Below, piece after piece: positions 8,612 to 17,191 of a stretch of DNA of 32,000 nucleotides (positions within the stretch are counted from its first letter, which is position 1; each line of letters begins with the position of its first letter). This DNA comes from Candidatus Saccharimonadota bacterium (lineage in GTDB: Archaea > Nanobdellota > Nanobdellia > Pacearchaeales > GW2011-AR1). The DNA lies in assembly GCA_026002795.1 (NCBI GenBank), contig BPGA01000001.1:150001-182000 (forward strand), given 5' to 3'. The translations under genes were made by a program, and so were the position numbers. The notes under the pieces are model-generated. The model was given only the letters and a program-made list of their open reading frames with translations, searched no databases and was not told where the DNA came from.

Positions 8612-9094
8612 TTATTCAGGAAGAAGAACTTTTTGTAAACCTTCTTTTTTGCCTAAAAACTCTTCCATTTTTAAAAGAGCTCTATAGATTTCGCGGGCCT
8701 CTTCATAACTTGGGCATTGTAAAAGCTCTTGAATTATTACAATATAAAGCTCTTCGATAGCTTTTCCTTCAAATTCCAAATAAGCTCTTCTTGTCGATCT
8801 GTGTTTTTTTATTTTTTCTTCAACTCTTTTATATGCTTCTGGATCTTCTTGTTTTAATTCTTCTAAAGCCAATGAAATATTTCTTGCCCAATTAGAAGCT
8901 TCATCACTCCAACTTAATCTAATTAAAATTTCTGGTGTGTGAAGTTCTGTTCCTTTTCTTCTTTTTAGAAGATTATAAATTTCTTGGCTTGATTTTTCAA
9001 GTTTTCTCCTAGCTCTATCACTTATCCTTCCTGTTGTGCTTGATATGTTTTTGTAAATTATTAGTTTTGATGTTTCTTCTTCTAGCTTTGACAT
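8612..9094 (-). CDS. Hypothetical helical protein
   Basis: Open frame with a charged helical composition; I recognise no family. I prefer ATG 9094 (MSKLEEE...) because the TATATAAAAA box at 9116-9125 is about 26 nt upstream. The track start at 9139 abuts tRNA-Gly. Confidence 0.5.
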   Translation of the reverse strand: MSKLEEETSKLIIYKNISSTTGRISDRARRKLEKSSQEIYNLLKRRKGTELHTPEILIRLSWSDEASNWARNISLALEELKQEDPEAYKRVEEKIKKHRSTRRAYLEFEGKAIEELYIVIIQELLQCPSYEEAREIYRALLKMEEFLGKKEGLQKVLLPE

Positions 9095-9115
9095 TAATTT
9101 TAAAATCATGAAAAG

Positions 9116-9125
9116 TATATAAAAA
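9116..9125. promoter_or_regulatory. TATATAAAAA box centred between ORF 8612-9094 and tRNA-Gly (candidate shared TATA)
   Basis: The centre (about 9120) is 26 nt from ATG 9094 on the minus strand and 26-27 nt from the tRNA 5' end at 9147 on the plus strand. Confidence 0.35.
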
Positions 9126-9146
9126 TTTATATTATGCACAAGCTAT

Positions 9147-9217
9147 GCACCAGTAGTTTATTGGTAGAATACGAGCTTCCCAAGCTCGGGGTCCGGGTTC
9201 GAATCCCGGCTGGTGCA
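9147..9217 (+). tRNA. tRNA-Gly (anticodon CCC)
   Basis: Hand-folded cloverleaf. Acceptor stem GCACCAG/CTGGTGC; anticodon stem CGAGC/GCTCG; anticodon loop TTCCCAA. The variable loop is 4 nt. T arm CCGGG-TTCGAAT-CCCGG; discriminator A. There is no encoded CCA and no intron. It is a GC-rich island in AT-rich DNA. Confidence 0.9.
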
Positions 9218-9317
9218 TCTAAAAAGCATCTTCAAAAAAATATTTTTATTGCGTAGAACATATATTATATTTTTACATATTAGAAAATTATTTAAATTAA
9301 AATTTATTAAATTAAAA

Positions 9318-9968
9318 ATGTTCAAAAAGAAAAGATGTAATAGGTGTGGTGAAAAAATAAGTTCTGATTATAATTTTTGCCCATATTGTGGAGTAGTCTT
9401 AACTGGTCTTTTTAAAGATGAGGATTATGGTTTGTTAGGAAGAAATGATTTTATGTTTTATGATGAGCCACAAATTCCTTCTCTTAATAGCCTTATAAAC
9501 TCTTTAGTTAAAAGTATAAATGAACAGTTTAACAATTTGGAATCTGAAAAGCAAAACAAAAAAAGAGGTGTAAAGAAAAGTGGTATTTCAATAAGCATAA
9601 GTACTTCAGATGGAAAGCCACCTGAAATAAGAGTTAGCTCTTTTGGTAAACCTGAAAAATTAAGATCTGAAAAAAAATTAAGATTGCCAATTGTTCCAGC
9701 AAAAAAATTTGCTGGATTACCGAAAGAAGAGCCAGAAACTAATGTTAGAAGACTTTCAAATAAAGTTGTTTATGAAATTAATCTTCCAGGTGTTAATTCA
9801 ATAAAAGATGTATCAATAGTTAAACTTGAGAATAGCATTGAAATTAAGGCTCTCTCAAAAGGTAAAGTTTTCTATAAAGTAATTCCTGTAGATTTACCTA
9901 TAAAAAGATACAATCTTACTAAAGGAAAATTAATTCTAGAACTTTTTGATGCAGAAAGTTTGCAATGA
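9318..9968 (+). CDS. Zinc-ribbon protein with a C-terminal Hsp20/alpha-crystallin-like domain
   Basis: N-terminal CNRCG...CPYCG zinc ribbon. The C-terminal segment (EPETNVRRLSNKVVYEINLPGVNSIKDVSIVKLENSIEIKA...GKLILEL) resembles an alpha-crystallin domain. I moved the start to ATG 9318 because the track start at 9213 overlaps tRNA-Gly. Confidence 0.55.
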   Translation: MFKKKRCNRCGEKISSDYNFCPYCGVVLTGLFKDEDYGLLGRNDFMFYDEPQIPSLNSLINSLVKSINEQFNNLESEKQNKKRGVKKSGISISISTSDGKPPEIRVSSFGKPEKLRSEKKLRLPIVPAKKFAGLPKEEPETNVRRLSNKVVYEINLPGVNSIKDVSIVKLENSIEIKALSKGKVFYKVIPVDLPIKRYNLTKGKLILELFDAESLQ

Positions 9969-10189
9969 TTTTTTGTTTTATTTTTTATTAATTAAATCAT
10001 GTTTTCTTTTTTATTATAGTTTATTTATTAGGGGGGTTAGTTGTTTGTTTATAAAATGAATTCTTTTGTTCATCAAATAAATGTTTTTGTTAAGTTTAAA
10101 AATAGGAGCTAAAAATTTTATAGAAAATAAAAATTATTTTCACAAAAAATTATAAATATGCTTATTCTTTCAAATTTTAAGGTTTTCAA

Positions 10190-10264
10190 GAGCCCGTAGC
10201 TCAGCCTGGTTAGAGCACTACTCTGATAAGGTAGGGGTCCTCGGTTCAAATCCGAGCGGGCTCA
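10190..10264 (+). tRNA. tRNA-Ile (anticodon GAU)
   Basis: Hand-folded cloverleaf. Acceptor stem GAGCCCG/CGGGCTC; D arm GCTC-AGCCTGGTTA-GAGC. Anticodon stem CTACT/GGTAG with loop CTGATAA. T arm CTCGG-TTCAAAT-CCGAG; discriminator A. No encoded CCA. Confidence 0.9.
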
Positions 10265-10281
10265 TTTTTAAGAGAAAATTT

Positions 10282-10300
10282 AAGAACAAACTTTTAAAAA
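10282..10300 (+). promoter_or_regulatory. Promoter-like motif AAGAACAAACTTTTAAAAA upstream of rpl15e
   Basis: The CTT of the motif is 31 nt upstream of the ATG. Near-identical motifs occur at 10872-10888 (lig) and 5107-5123 (tRNA-binding protein). Confidence 0.4.
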
Positions 10301-10321
10301 GCATTTTTTTCTCAATAATTA

Positions 10322-10834
10322 ATGGCTAAAGGAATGTATCATTATCTGCGTGAAGCTTGGAAAAAACCAGATAAAAAAACATTAAGAGAAAGGATGATTT
10401 CTTGGAGAAAATCTGAATCAGTTGTAAAGCTAGAAAAACCCTTAAGAATTGATAGAGCAAGAGCTTTAGGTTATAAAGCTAAAAAAGGTTTTATTGTTGT
10501 GAGAGTTAGAGTAAGAAGAGGTGGTCATAAAAGACCTAGACCAAATAAAGGAAGAAGAAGTAAAAGACTTCATACGAGAAAAAATTTAAGAATGAATTAT
10601 CAATGGATTGCAGAACAGAGAGCGGCTAGAAAATTTAGGAATTTAGAAGTTTTAAATTCTTACAAAATAGGAAAAGATGGAATGTATTATTTTTATGAAG
10701 TTATCTTAGTTGATCCTGAAAGACCTGAAATAAAAAAAGATCCTGTTATTTCTTGGATAACAAAACCAGAAAACAGAAAAAGAGTTTTTAGAGGACTGAC
10801 AAGCGCTGCAAAAAAATCAAGAGGATTAAAATAA
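10322..10834 (+). CDS. rpl15e: 50S ribosomal protein L15e
   Basis: [17 protein letters not shown]... followed by [22 protein letters not shown]. Both the sequence and the 170-aa length are typical of L15e. Confidence 0.92.
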   Translation: MAKGMYHYLREAWKKPDKKTLRERMISWRKSESVVKLEKPLRIDRARALGYKAKKGFIVVRVRVRRGGHKRPRPNKGRRSKRLHTRKNLRMNYQWIAEQRAARKFRNLEVLNSYKIGKDGMYYFYEVILVDPERPEIKKDPVISWITKPENRKRVFRGLTSAAKKSRGLK

Positions 10835-10871
10835 TTTGAGTTTGTTGTTAACTTTATATTTTGATTTTCTA

Positions 10872-10888
10872 AAGAACAAACTTAAAAA
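10872..10888 (+). promoter_or_regulatory. Promoter-like motif AAGAACAAACTTAAAAA upstream of lig
   Basis: The CTT of the motif is 29 nt upstream of ATG 10910. The motif is shared with rpl15e and the gene at 5145. Confidence 0.4.
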
Positions 10889-10909
10889 CATAAATGATTT
10901 TATTTTTTT

Positions 10910-12619
10910 ATGAAATATGAAGAAGTCGTGGATATTTATGAAAAAGTTGGAAGTACAACAAAAAGGCTTGAAAAAATTTCAATACTCTCTAATTTTTTAA
11001 AAAAATTAGATGAAAAAGATAAAGAGGTTTTATATTTGTTGTTAGGAAGAGTTTATCCTGAATATGATGAAAGAAAAATTGGGATAAGTAGTCAGCTAGC
11101 AATAAAATCAATTTCAAAAGCTTTTGGAATAGATGAAAAAGAGATTATTGAAAAATGGAAAACTTTAGGTGATTTAGGAGATGTTGCTGAAAATCTTTCT
11201 TCAAAAAAGAAACAAACAACTCTTCATAAAGAAGTATTAACAACAGAAAAAATAATTGAGAATTTAAGAAAACTTCCAGAACTCCAAGGAAAAGGAACTA
11301 TAGAAAAGAAAATCTATCTTATTGTGGAGCTTTTAAATTCTGCTTCTCCTCTTGAAGCAAAATACATTGTAAGATTATTATTGGGAGATTTAAGAATTGG
11401 TATAAAAGAAAGTACAATAAGAGATTCCCTTGGATATGCTTTTTTTGATGAAAGTTCTAGAAAAGAAGCTATAAAAAAAATTCAAAATCTTATTGATTCT
11501 AAAAATGATATCGCTGCTGTTTTTGAAGTAGTTAAAAGTAAAGATTTAAAGAAACTTAGCGAGGTTAAAATTGAGGTTGGAAAACCTGTTAAAGTAATGT
11601 TAGCTCAAAAAGTAAAAACAATTAAAGAAGCTTTTGAATATGTTGGAAAACCTTGTGCTATAGAATACAAATACGACGGATTTAGACTTCTAATTCATAA
11701 AAAAGGAAATGAAGTTTCTTTATTTACAAGGAGGCTTGAGAATGTTACAAAACAATTTCCTGAAGTCGTTGAATATGTAAAAGATTACATAAAAGGAGAC
11801 TCTTTTATTATAGATTCTGAAGCAGTTGGGTTTGATAAAAAAACAAAAGAGTACAGGCCTTTTCAAGAGATAAGTCAAAGGATAAAAAGAAAGTATGATA
11901 TTGAAAATTTAAAGGAACAGCTTCCAGTTGAGGTTAATGCTTTTGATTTATTATATTATAATGGAGAAAGTTTAATTGATAAACCATTTAAAGAAAGAGC
12001 AAAATTGTTAAGAAAAATAATAAAACCACAAAAATACAAAATAGTTCCTGCAAAACAGATTATAACTTCTAGTGAATCTGAAGCAGAGAGATTTTATAAA
12101 GAAGCTTTGAAGGAAAAACAAGAAGGTGTGATGTTCAAAAATTTAGAAGCAGTGTATCAACCTGGAAGCAGAGTAGGACATATGCTTAAGGTAAAACCAG
12201 AAGAGAAAGATTTTGATTTAGTAATTACTGGAGCAGAATACGGAACAGGAAAAAGAAGTGGTTGGCTAAGTAGTTTTGTGCTTTCTTGTAGAGATAAAAA
12301 TAAATTTTTAGATGTTGGAAAAGTTGGAACAGGAGTTAAAGAGAAAAAAGAAGAAGGGATTTCTTTTGAAGAACTAACAGAAAAATTAAAACCATACATT
12401 TTAGAAGAAAAAGGAAAAGAAGTTAAGATAAAACCAAAAGTTATTGTTTCTGTTACATATCAAGAAATTCAAAAATCACCTACATACAGCTCTGGTTTTG
12501 CTTTAAGATTTCCTAGAATAACTGCATTAAGACCAGACAAACCGCTTTCTGAAATAACAACTCTTAATGAAATAAAAAAAGAATTTGAAAGTCAGAAAAG
12601 AAATTATCTTCGCGGCTAG
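10910..12619 (+). CDS. lig: ATP-dependent DNA ligase
   Basis: Adenylation motif I (AIEYKYDGFRLLIH, KxDG), IIDSEAVG, EGVMFK, and MLKVKP. An N-terminal DNA-binding domain and a C-terminal OB domain are present. 569 aa. Confidence 0.92.
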   Translation: MKYEEVVDIYEKVGSTTKRLEKISILSNFLKKLDEKDKEVLYLLLGRVYPEYDERKIGISSQLAIKSISKAFGIDEKEIIEKWKTLGDLGDVAENLSSKKKQTTLHKEVLTTEKIIENLRKLPELQGKGTIEKKIYLIVELLNSASPLEAKYIVRLLLGDLRIGIKESTIRDSLGYAFFDESSRKEAIKKIQNLIDSKNDIAAVFEVVKSKDLKKLSEVKIEVGKPVKVMLAQKVKTIKEAFEYVGKPCAIEYKYDGFRLLIHKKGNEVSLFTRRLENVTKQFPEVVEYVKDYIKGDSFIIDSEAVGFDKKTKEYRPFQEISQRIKRKYDIENLKEQLPVEVNAFDLLYYNGESLIDKPFKERAKLLRKIIKPQKYKIVPAKQIITSSESEAERFYKEALKEKQEGVMFKNLEAVYQPGSRVGHMLKVKPEEKDFDLVITGAEYGTGKRSGWLSSFVLSCRDKNKFLDVGKVGTGVKEKKEEGISFEELTEKLKPYILEEKGKEVKIKPKVIVSVTYQEIQKSPTYSSGFALRFPRITALRPDKPLSEITTLNEIKKEFESQKRNYLRG

Positions 12620-12704
12620 TTTAAAGTTAAATCTATAAGTTTTTTATATAAATTTATAAAATTTTTTTATTATAAATCTATAAATCTTTTATTATTATAA
12701 AAAA

Positions 12705-13559
12705 TTATTCATTAACATAATAAACAATAGTTCCTTCTGTTCTAATTTTCTTACAAAAAATTTTTCTCAATTTTTTCCAATCTTTGTTTTTTATTAACTC
12801 TGAAAAAAAAGGTCTAATTTTTTCATTTTTAAATATGATTTCAGCAATACCGTCTGTATATAAAATTAAAATATCTCCTTTTTGTAATTTATATGTTTTT
12901 GTTCTTACATAACGCATAGCTTTTTTCTCTCCTGTCAAAACGCCAATAGAATTCTTTCTCTTAGGATTGTTTCTAAAAATTGATCTCCCAATTTTTCTAA
13001 CAATATAATCATCTCCATTTTTTATAAAAAACTCTTTTTCTAGAATTTTAGAAGAAGGTCCTTTATTTTCCTCTTTTGTTTTGAGTTTTAATTTTCCTTG
13101 TTTATCAAATATAGCAACACCAGCATCACATATATAGCCATAAATTACTTTTTGGTTTTCAATTGCTGCTCCTGCAGCAACACAACTTGCGAAGTCATTT
13201 ATAAGGTAATCTGGTTTGGGCATGTGTTTATTATTCCATAATCTAATTTTTTCATTACTTTTTTCAAATGCTTTTCTAATTAATCTTGGAGTTATTTTTT
13301 TATAATCTTTTAAAAAATTAATAAAAGTAGTGGTGAAAATATCTGCGACTATTTTTGCAGGACTTGGTCTAGGATATTTTAAGGAAAATTTTAATTCTCC
13401 AAAAAAAGTATTTCTATTAGGAAGTTTTAACATAGGGTCTCTTGTTACTCCGTCTGCTACTGCGATTATTTTTCTTTCTTGATGAATTTTGTAAGAGTCT
13501 TCTATTGGATGTCTAAATAAAATATGTTTCCAGTTTATTACTGTAAATCCGTTTATCAT
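12705..13559 (-). CDS. PP2C/SpoIIE-like protein phosphatase (tentative)
   Basis: Acidic metal-ligand-like motifs are spaced as in PP2C: IIAVADGVTRD, YICDAGVAIFD and ILILYTDGIAEI. The sequence is divergent, so the call is provisional. Confidence 0.45.
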   Translation of the reverse strand: MINGFTVINWKHILFRHPIEDSYKIHQERKIIAVADGVTRDPMLKLPNRNTFFGELKFSLKYPRPSPAKIVADIFTTTFINFLKDYKKITPRLIRKAFEKSNEKIRLWNNKHMPKPDYLINDFASCVAAGAAIENQKVIYGYICDAGVAIFDKQGKLKLKTKEENKGPSSKILEKEFFIKNGDDYIVRKIGRSIFRNNPKRKNSIGVLTGEKKAMRYVRTKTYKLQKGDILILYTDGIAEIIFKNEKIRPFFSELIKNKDWKKLRKIFCKKIRTEGTIVYYVNE

Positions 13560-13649
13560 AAAAAGAATTAAAATCTTTAATATAAATAAATTTTTATAAT
13601 TATCTATACTGAAAATTATGAAGAAAATAGTCTTGTATATTACGAAGCC

Positions 13650-13659
13650 TTTATAAATA
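13650..13659 (+). promoter_or_regulatory. TATA box TTTATAAATA upstream of tbp
   Basis: The centre is about 25 nt upstream of ATG 13680 and there is no SD, which implies a leaderless mRNA. Confidence 0.4.
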
Positions 13660-13679
13660 GAATTTTCTAAAATACTATT

Positions 13680-14252
13680 ATGGCTAAAAAATCTTTAAAA
13701 AAAGGAAGCGCATACCAAATTCAGAATATTGTTGCAACAACATCTCTAGAAAAACCCATTCCTCTAACAAAACTTGCAAGGACTCAGCCAAATACAGAAT
13801 ATAACCCAGAAACTTTTCCTGGATTGGTTTTAAGAGTTAAAGAGCCAAAATCAGCTGTTCTTGTTTTTTCTTCTGGAAATCTAGTTTGTACTGGAACAAA
13901 ATCTATAGCACAAGTTAAAAGAGTTATTCAGGCAGTTATAAAACAATTAAGAAGAATAAACGTTAAGATAACAACAAAACCAAAAATAACAGTTCAGAAC
14001 ATTGTTGCTTCTGGAAACATAGATTTAAACTTAAATTTAAATTTTCTTGCTCTAGAAATGCAAAACACAGAATATGAACCAGAGCAGTTTCCAGGACTTG
14101 TTTATAAACTCAACGAACCAAATGCAACTTTTTTATTGTTTAGCAACGGAAAACTTGTTTGCACTGGAACAAAAAATAAACAACAACTTGAAAACTCAAT
14201 GGACCAACTTTTAAAGAACATTAAAGAAGCCTTAAAGAGCTACCAAAAATAA
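13680..14252 (+). CDS. tbp: TATA-box binding protein
   Basis: Two TBP repeats are present. The first is IQNIVATTSL...EYNPETFPGLVLRVKEPKSAVLVFSSGNLVCTGTKS. The second is VQNIVASGNI...EYEPEQFPGLVYKLNEPNATFLLFSNGKLVCTGTKN. Confidence 0.93.
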   Translation: MAKKSLKKGSAYQIQNIVATTSLEKPIPLTKLARTQPNTEYNPETFPGLVLRVKEPKSAVLVFSSGNLVCTGTKSIAQVKRVIQAVIKQLRRINVKITTKPKITVQNIVASGNIDLNLNLNFLALEMQNTEYEPEQFPGLVYKLNEPNATFLLFSNGKLVCTGTKNKQQLENSMDQLLKNIKEALKSYQK

Positions 14253-14424
14253 AAAGTAGGTTTTAGTGGATTGGTTCTTAAATTTTACCTTGTTGGTTTA
14301 GTTTAATTAATTTAATGGGTTTATCATGTTTTTCTTTAGTTAATAATTTCAGCTCAAATTTTTGTCTATAAAACTTTCAGATAGTTACAATAAAATATAA
14401 AAATAAGATGCTTATTGCAATAAA

Positions 14425-16467
14425 ATGGAAAAGCAGCTACAAGAACCAAAAATTAATCCTGAAGAGATTATTATAGAAGCAAAGAATTTTTTTGATTTAT
14501 ACAAGAAAGAAGTTGGAGATTCTTTAAAAAAAGGTAAGAAAGTTATTTATGTGGATTTTATGAAATTAGTTGAATTCTCAAGTAAGCTTGCTGAAGATTT
14601 AATTTCAAGGCCAGAAGAGAGTTTAAGGCTTATAGAATTAGCTTTAGAAGAAATTGGTCTTGTTAAAAATGTTAGAGTTAGGCTTTATAATCTTCCAAAA
14701 ACCCAGGAAATAAAAATAAGAAATATAAGATCAAAGAACATTAATGAGTTATTGTGTATTGAAGGAATTGTTAGGCAGGCAAGTGATGTAAGACCACAGG
14801 TTGTCAATGCTAAATTTGAGTGTCCTTCTTGTGGTACAATACTTTCTGTTCTTCAAATTGAAAAAAAATTTAGAGAGCCAACAAGATGTACTTGTGGTAG
14901 AAGAGCTGGTTTTAAGCTTATAAGTAAAGAAATGGTTGATACGCAAAGAATTGTTATAGAAGAGGCTCCTGAAACTTTAACAGGTGGTGAACAACCAAAA
15001 AGAATAAATGTTTTTTTGAAAGAAGATCTTGTTGAGCCTAAAATGGAAGAAAAAACAACTCCTGGAAGTAGAGTTAAAGTTATAGGTATCTTAAAAGAAA
15101 TACCAGTACCTTTACACTCTGGAGGTCTCTCAACAAGATTTGAAATTGCTATTGAAGCAAACAATATAATTCCTTTAGAGGAAACTTTTGAAGAACTGGA
15201 CATTAGTGAAGAAGATGAAAAACAAATTCTTGAACTTTCTAAAGATCCACATATCCTTGATAAACTCACTAAAAGTATAATTCCTAGTGTTTATGGTTAT
15301 GATGAAATAAAAAAATCATTGGTTTTACAGCTTTTTGGTGGTGTTGAAAAAATCCATCCTGATGGTCAAAGGATAAGAGGAGATTTACATATTTTATTGG
15401 TCGGAGACCCGGGTGTTGCAAAATCAGCAATTTTAGGTTTTATGTCAAGAATCTCTCCAAAAGGAAGATATGTGGTAGGTAAATCTGCTTCTGGTGCAGG
15501 CCTTACAGCAACTGTTGTTAGAGATGAATATTTAAGAGGTTGGTCTTTAGAAGCAGGTGCAATGGTTTTAGCAAATAAAGGTCTTGTTTGTATTGACGAA
15601 CTTGAGAAAATGGATCCTAGTGATAGAAGTGCTATGCATGAAGCAATGGAACAACAAACAATTACAATCAGCAAAGCAAATGTTCAAGCAACTTTAAGAG
15701 CAGAAACTTCTGTTTTAGCTGCTGCAAACCCTAAATTTGGAAGATTTGATCCTTATCAAACAATAGCAGAACAAATTGATCTTCCACCAACTTTAATAAA
15801 TAGGTTTGATATAATTTTTCCTTTAAAAGATATGCCTGACAAAAAAAAAGATGAGCTTATTGCAGAACATGTTTTAAAATATCATCAAAAGCCAGAAGAA
15901 GGAATGATAATCAGTAAAGAATTGTTTAGGAAGTATGTTGCTTATGCAAAACAGAAAATAAAACCAAAGCTTAGTGATGAAGCAATCCAAGAAATAAAGA
16001 ATTTTTATGTTGAGTTAAGAAATATGCCTGTTTCTGTAGAAGGCATGATAAGACCAATTCCAATTTCTGCGAGACAACTTCAGGCTTTAATTAGGATGTC
16101 TGAGGCTTCTGCAAAAATGAGACTTAGTGAAATTGTAGAAGCTGAAGATGCAAGAAGAGCAATTGAAATAATGAAATATTATCTTGTACAGGTTGGTTAT
16201 GATTATGAATCAAAAACTTTTGATATAGACAGGATAAGCTTAGGAAAAACAGCTTCTCAAAGAAATAAAATTTTTACTGTTTTACACACAATAATTGAAT
16301 TGGAAAGTAAAATTGGAGAAATGATTCCTATAGAAGAATTAATTAAAGAATTAGAAGGAAAACTTGATGAAATTGAAATTGAAAAAGCAATAGTAGAATT
16401 AAAAAAAGAAGGAGAAATTTATGAGCCAAGACACGGTTATATCTCAAGAGCTAAAGCAAGAATTTAA
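14425..16467 (+). CDS. mcm: MCM replicative helicase
   Basis: Zinc motif (CPSCG...CTCG), Walker A (ILLVGDPGVAKS), Walker B (VCIDELEKM) and LINRFDIIF. A C-terminal winged-helix region is present. 680 aa with no intein. Confidence 0.93.
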   Translation: MEKQLQEPKINPEEIIIEAKNFFDLYKKEVGDSLKKGKKVIYVDFMKLVEFSSKLAEDLISRPEESLRLIELALEEIGLVKNVRVRLYNLPKTQEIKIRNIRSKNINELLCIEGIVRQASDVRPQVVNAKFECPSCGTILSVLQIEKKFREPTRCTCGRRAGFKLISKEMVDTQRIVIEEAPETLTGGEQPKRINVFLKEDLVEPKMEEKTTPGSRVKVIGILKEIPVPLHSGGLSTRFEIAIEANNIIPLEETFEELDISEEDEKQILELSKDPHILDKLTKSIIPSVYGYDEIKKSLVLQLFGGVEKIHPDGQRIRGDLHILLVGDPGVAKSAILGFMSRISPKGRYVVGKSASGAGLTATVVRDEYLRGWSLEAGAMVLANKGLVCIDELEKMDPSDRSAMHEAMEQQTITISKANVQATLRAETSVLAAANPKFGRFDPYQTIAEQIDLPPTLINRFDIIFPLKDMPDKKKDELIAEHVLKYHQKPEEGMIISKELFRKYVAYAKQKIKPKLSDEAIQEIKNFYVELRNMPVSVEGMIRPIPISARQLQALIRMSEASAKMRLSEIVEAEDARRAIEIMKYYLVQVGYDYESKTFDIDRISLGKTASQRNKIFTVLHTIIELESKIGEMIPIEELIKELEGKLDEIEIEKAIVELKKEGEIYEPRHGYISRAKARI

Positions 16468-16535
16468 GTTAAACAAAAAATTTAAGTTAAAAAATCAACT
16501 AGCCAAAATTAAATTTTAAAGTATATTTTTTAATA

Positions 16536-17153
16536 ATGGCAATAATTTCTGAAAAAAAAAGGCAAACAGCTTATAAACTAAGAATTGGTGATTTAGTTAT
16601 TGGAAAACCTGTTCTGGATGGTGACAGGTTTCTTTTTCTTGAATTGGGAGATAAAAAAATTGTTAGAGTTAATATTGTGGGGGTTATTATTGAAAAATTC
16701 GAATCTGAATCTGATAGAAAATATCTTTTTATTAGTTTAGATGATGGATCTGGACAAATAAGAGTAAAGGTTTTTGGAGATGATGTTGATAAATTTAAAG
16801 ATTTTAGCCAAGGAAATACTGTTGTTGTAATTGGTGTTTTGAGGTATTGGAATGAAGAAATTTATATTTTACCTGAAATTATAAGAGAAATAAACCCAAA
16901 ATATCTTTTATTAAGGAAAATAGAGTTGGAAAAAACTTCTGTTGAAGTTCCAAAAGAAAAAATTTTTATTTTAAAAGATAAAATTTTAGAAACGATAAAA
17001 AATTCTGAAGAACAAAACGGAATTGATTTAGAAAAGTTAATGGAAAATTTTTCTGATTTTCCAGAGGATATCTTAAATAAAGAAATTCAAAAACTTATAG
17101 AAGAAGGAATTATTTTTGAGCCAAGGCCAGGAAAATTAAGATGGCTTGGTTAA
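16536..17153 (+). CDS. OB-fold plus winged-helix protein, RPA32/RPA2-like (tentative)
   Basis: The OB segment VRVNIVGVIIEKFESESDRKYLFISLDDGSGQIRVKVFGD...GNTVVVIGVLRYWNEEIYILPE resembles RPA32-type OB folds. The C-terminal segment LIEEGIIFEPRPGKLRWL looks like a winged helix. It lies directly downstream of mcm. Confidence 0.55.
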   Translation: MAIISEKKRQTAYKLRIGDLVIGKPVLDGDRFLFLELGDKKIVRVNIVGVIIEKFESESDRKYLFISLDDGSGQIRVKVFGDDVDKFKDFSQGNTVVVIGVLRYWNEEIYILPEIIREINPKYLLLRKIELEKTSVEVPKEKIFILKDKILETIKNSEEQNGIDLEKLMENFSDFPEDILNKEIQKLIEEGIIFEPRPGKLRWLG

Positions 17154-17191
17154 GGCTAGCTAAGTAATTAAAGTAATTAAAAAGTTAGTAT

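Noticed and set aside
9213-9317. N-terminal extension of the zinc-ribbon/Hsp20-like ORF.
   Set aside because: The extension starts inside tRNA-Gly and encodes low-complexity K/I/F-rich sequence. The ATG at 9318, directly before the zinc ribbon, is the credible start.
10031-10036. G6 run in the AT-rich gap upstream of tRNA-Ile, which might be a G-string of an origin box.
   Set aside because: It is isolated, with no adjacent dyad element or repeats.
14853-15269. 138-aa minus-strand ORF, with neighbours at 14749-14946 and 15366-15674, lying inside mcm.
   Set aside because: It is antisense to a strongly supported gene, has low-complexity S/L/I-rich translations, and has no promoter or SD. It is a shadow ORF. 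The same reasoning applies to these track ORFs:
- 644-832
- 1188-1409
- 2010-2195
- 2074-2307
- 6027-6278
- 6446-6682
- 7457-7696
- 8109-8291
- 12157-12399
- 19825-20025
- 20892-21077
- 21711-21929
- 24543-24758
- 24965-25153
- 25535-25717
- 27592-27777
- 30648-30830
- 31225-31476
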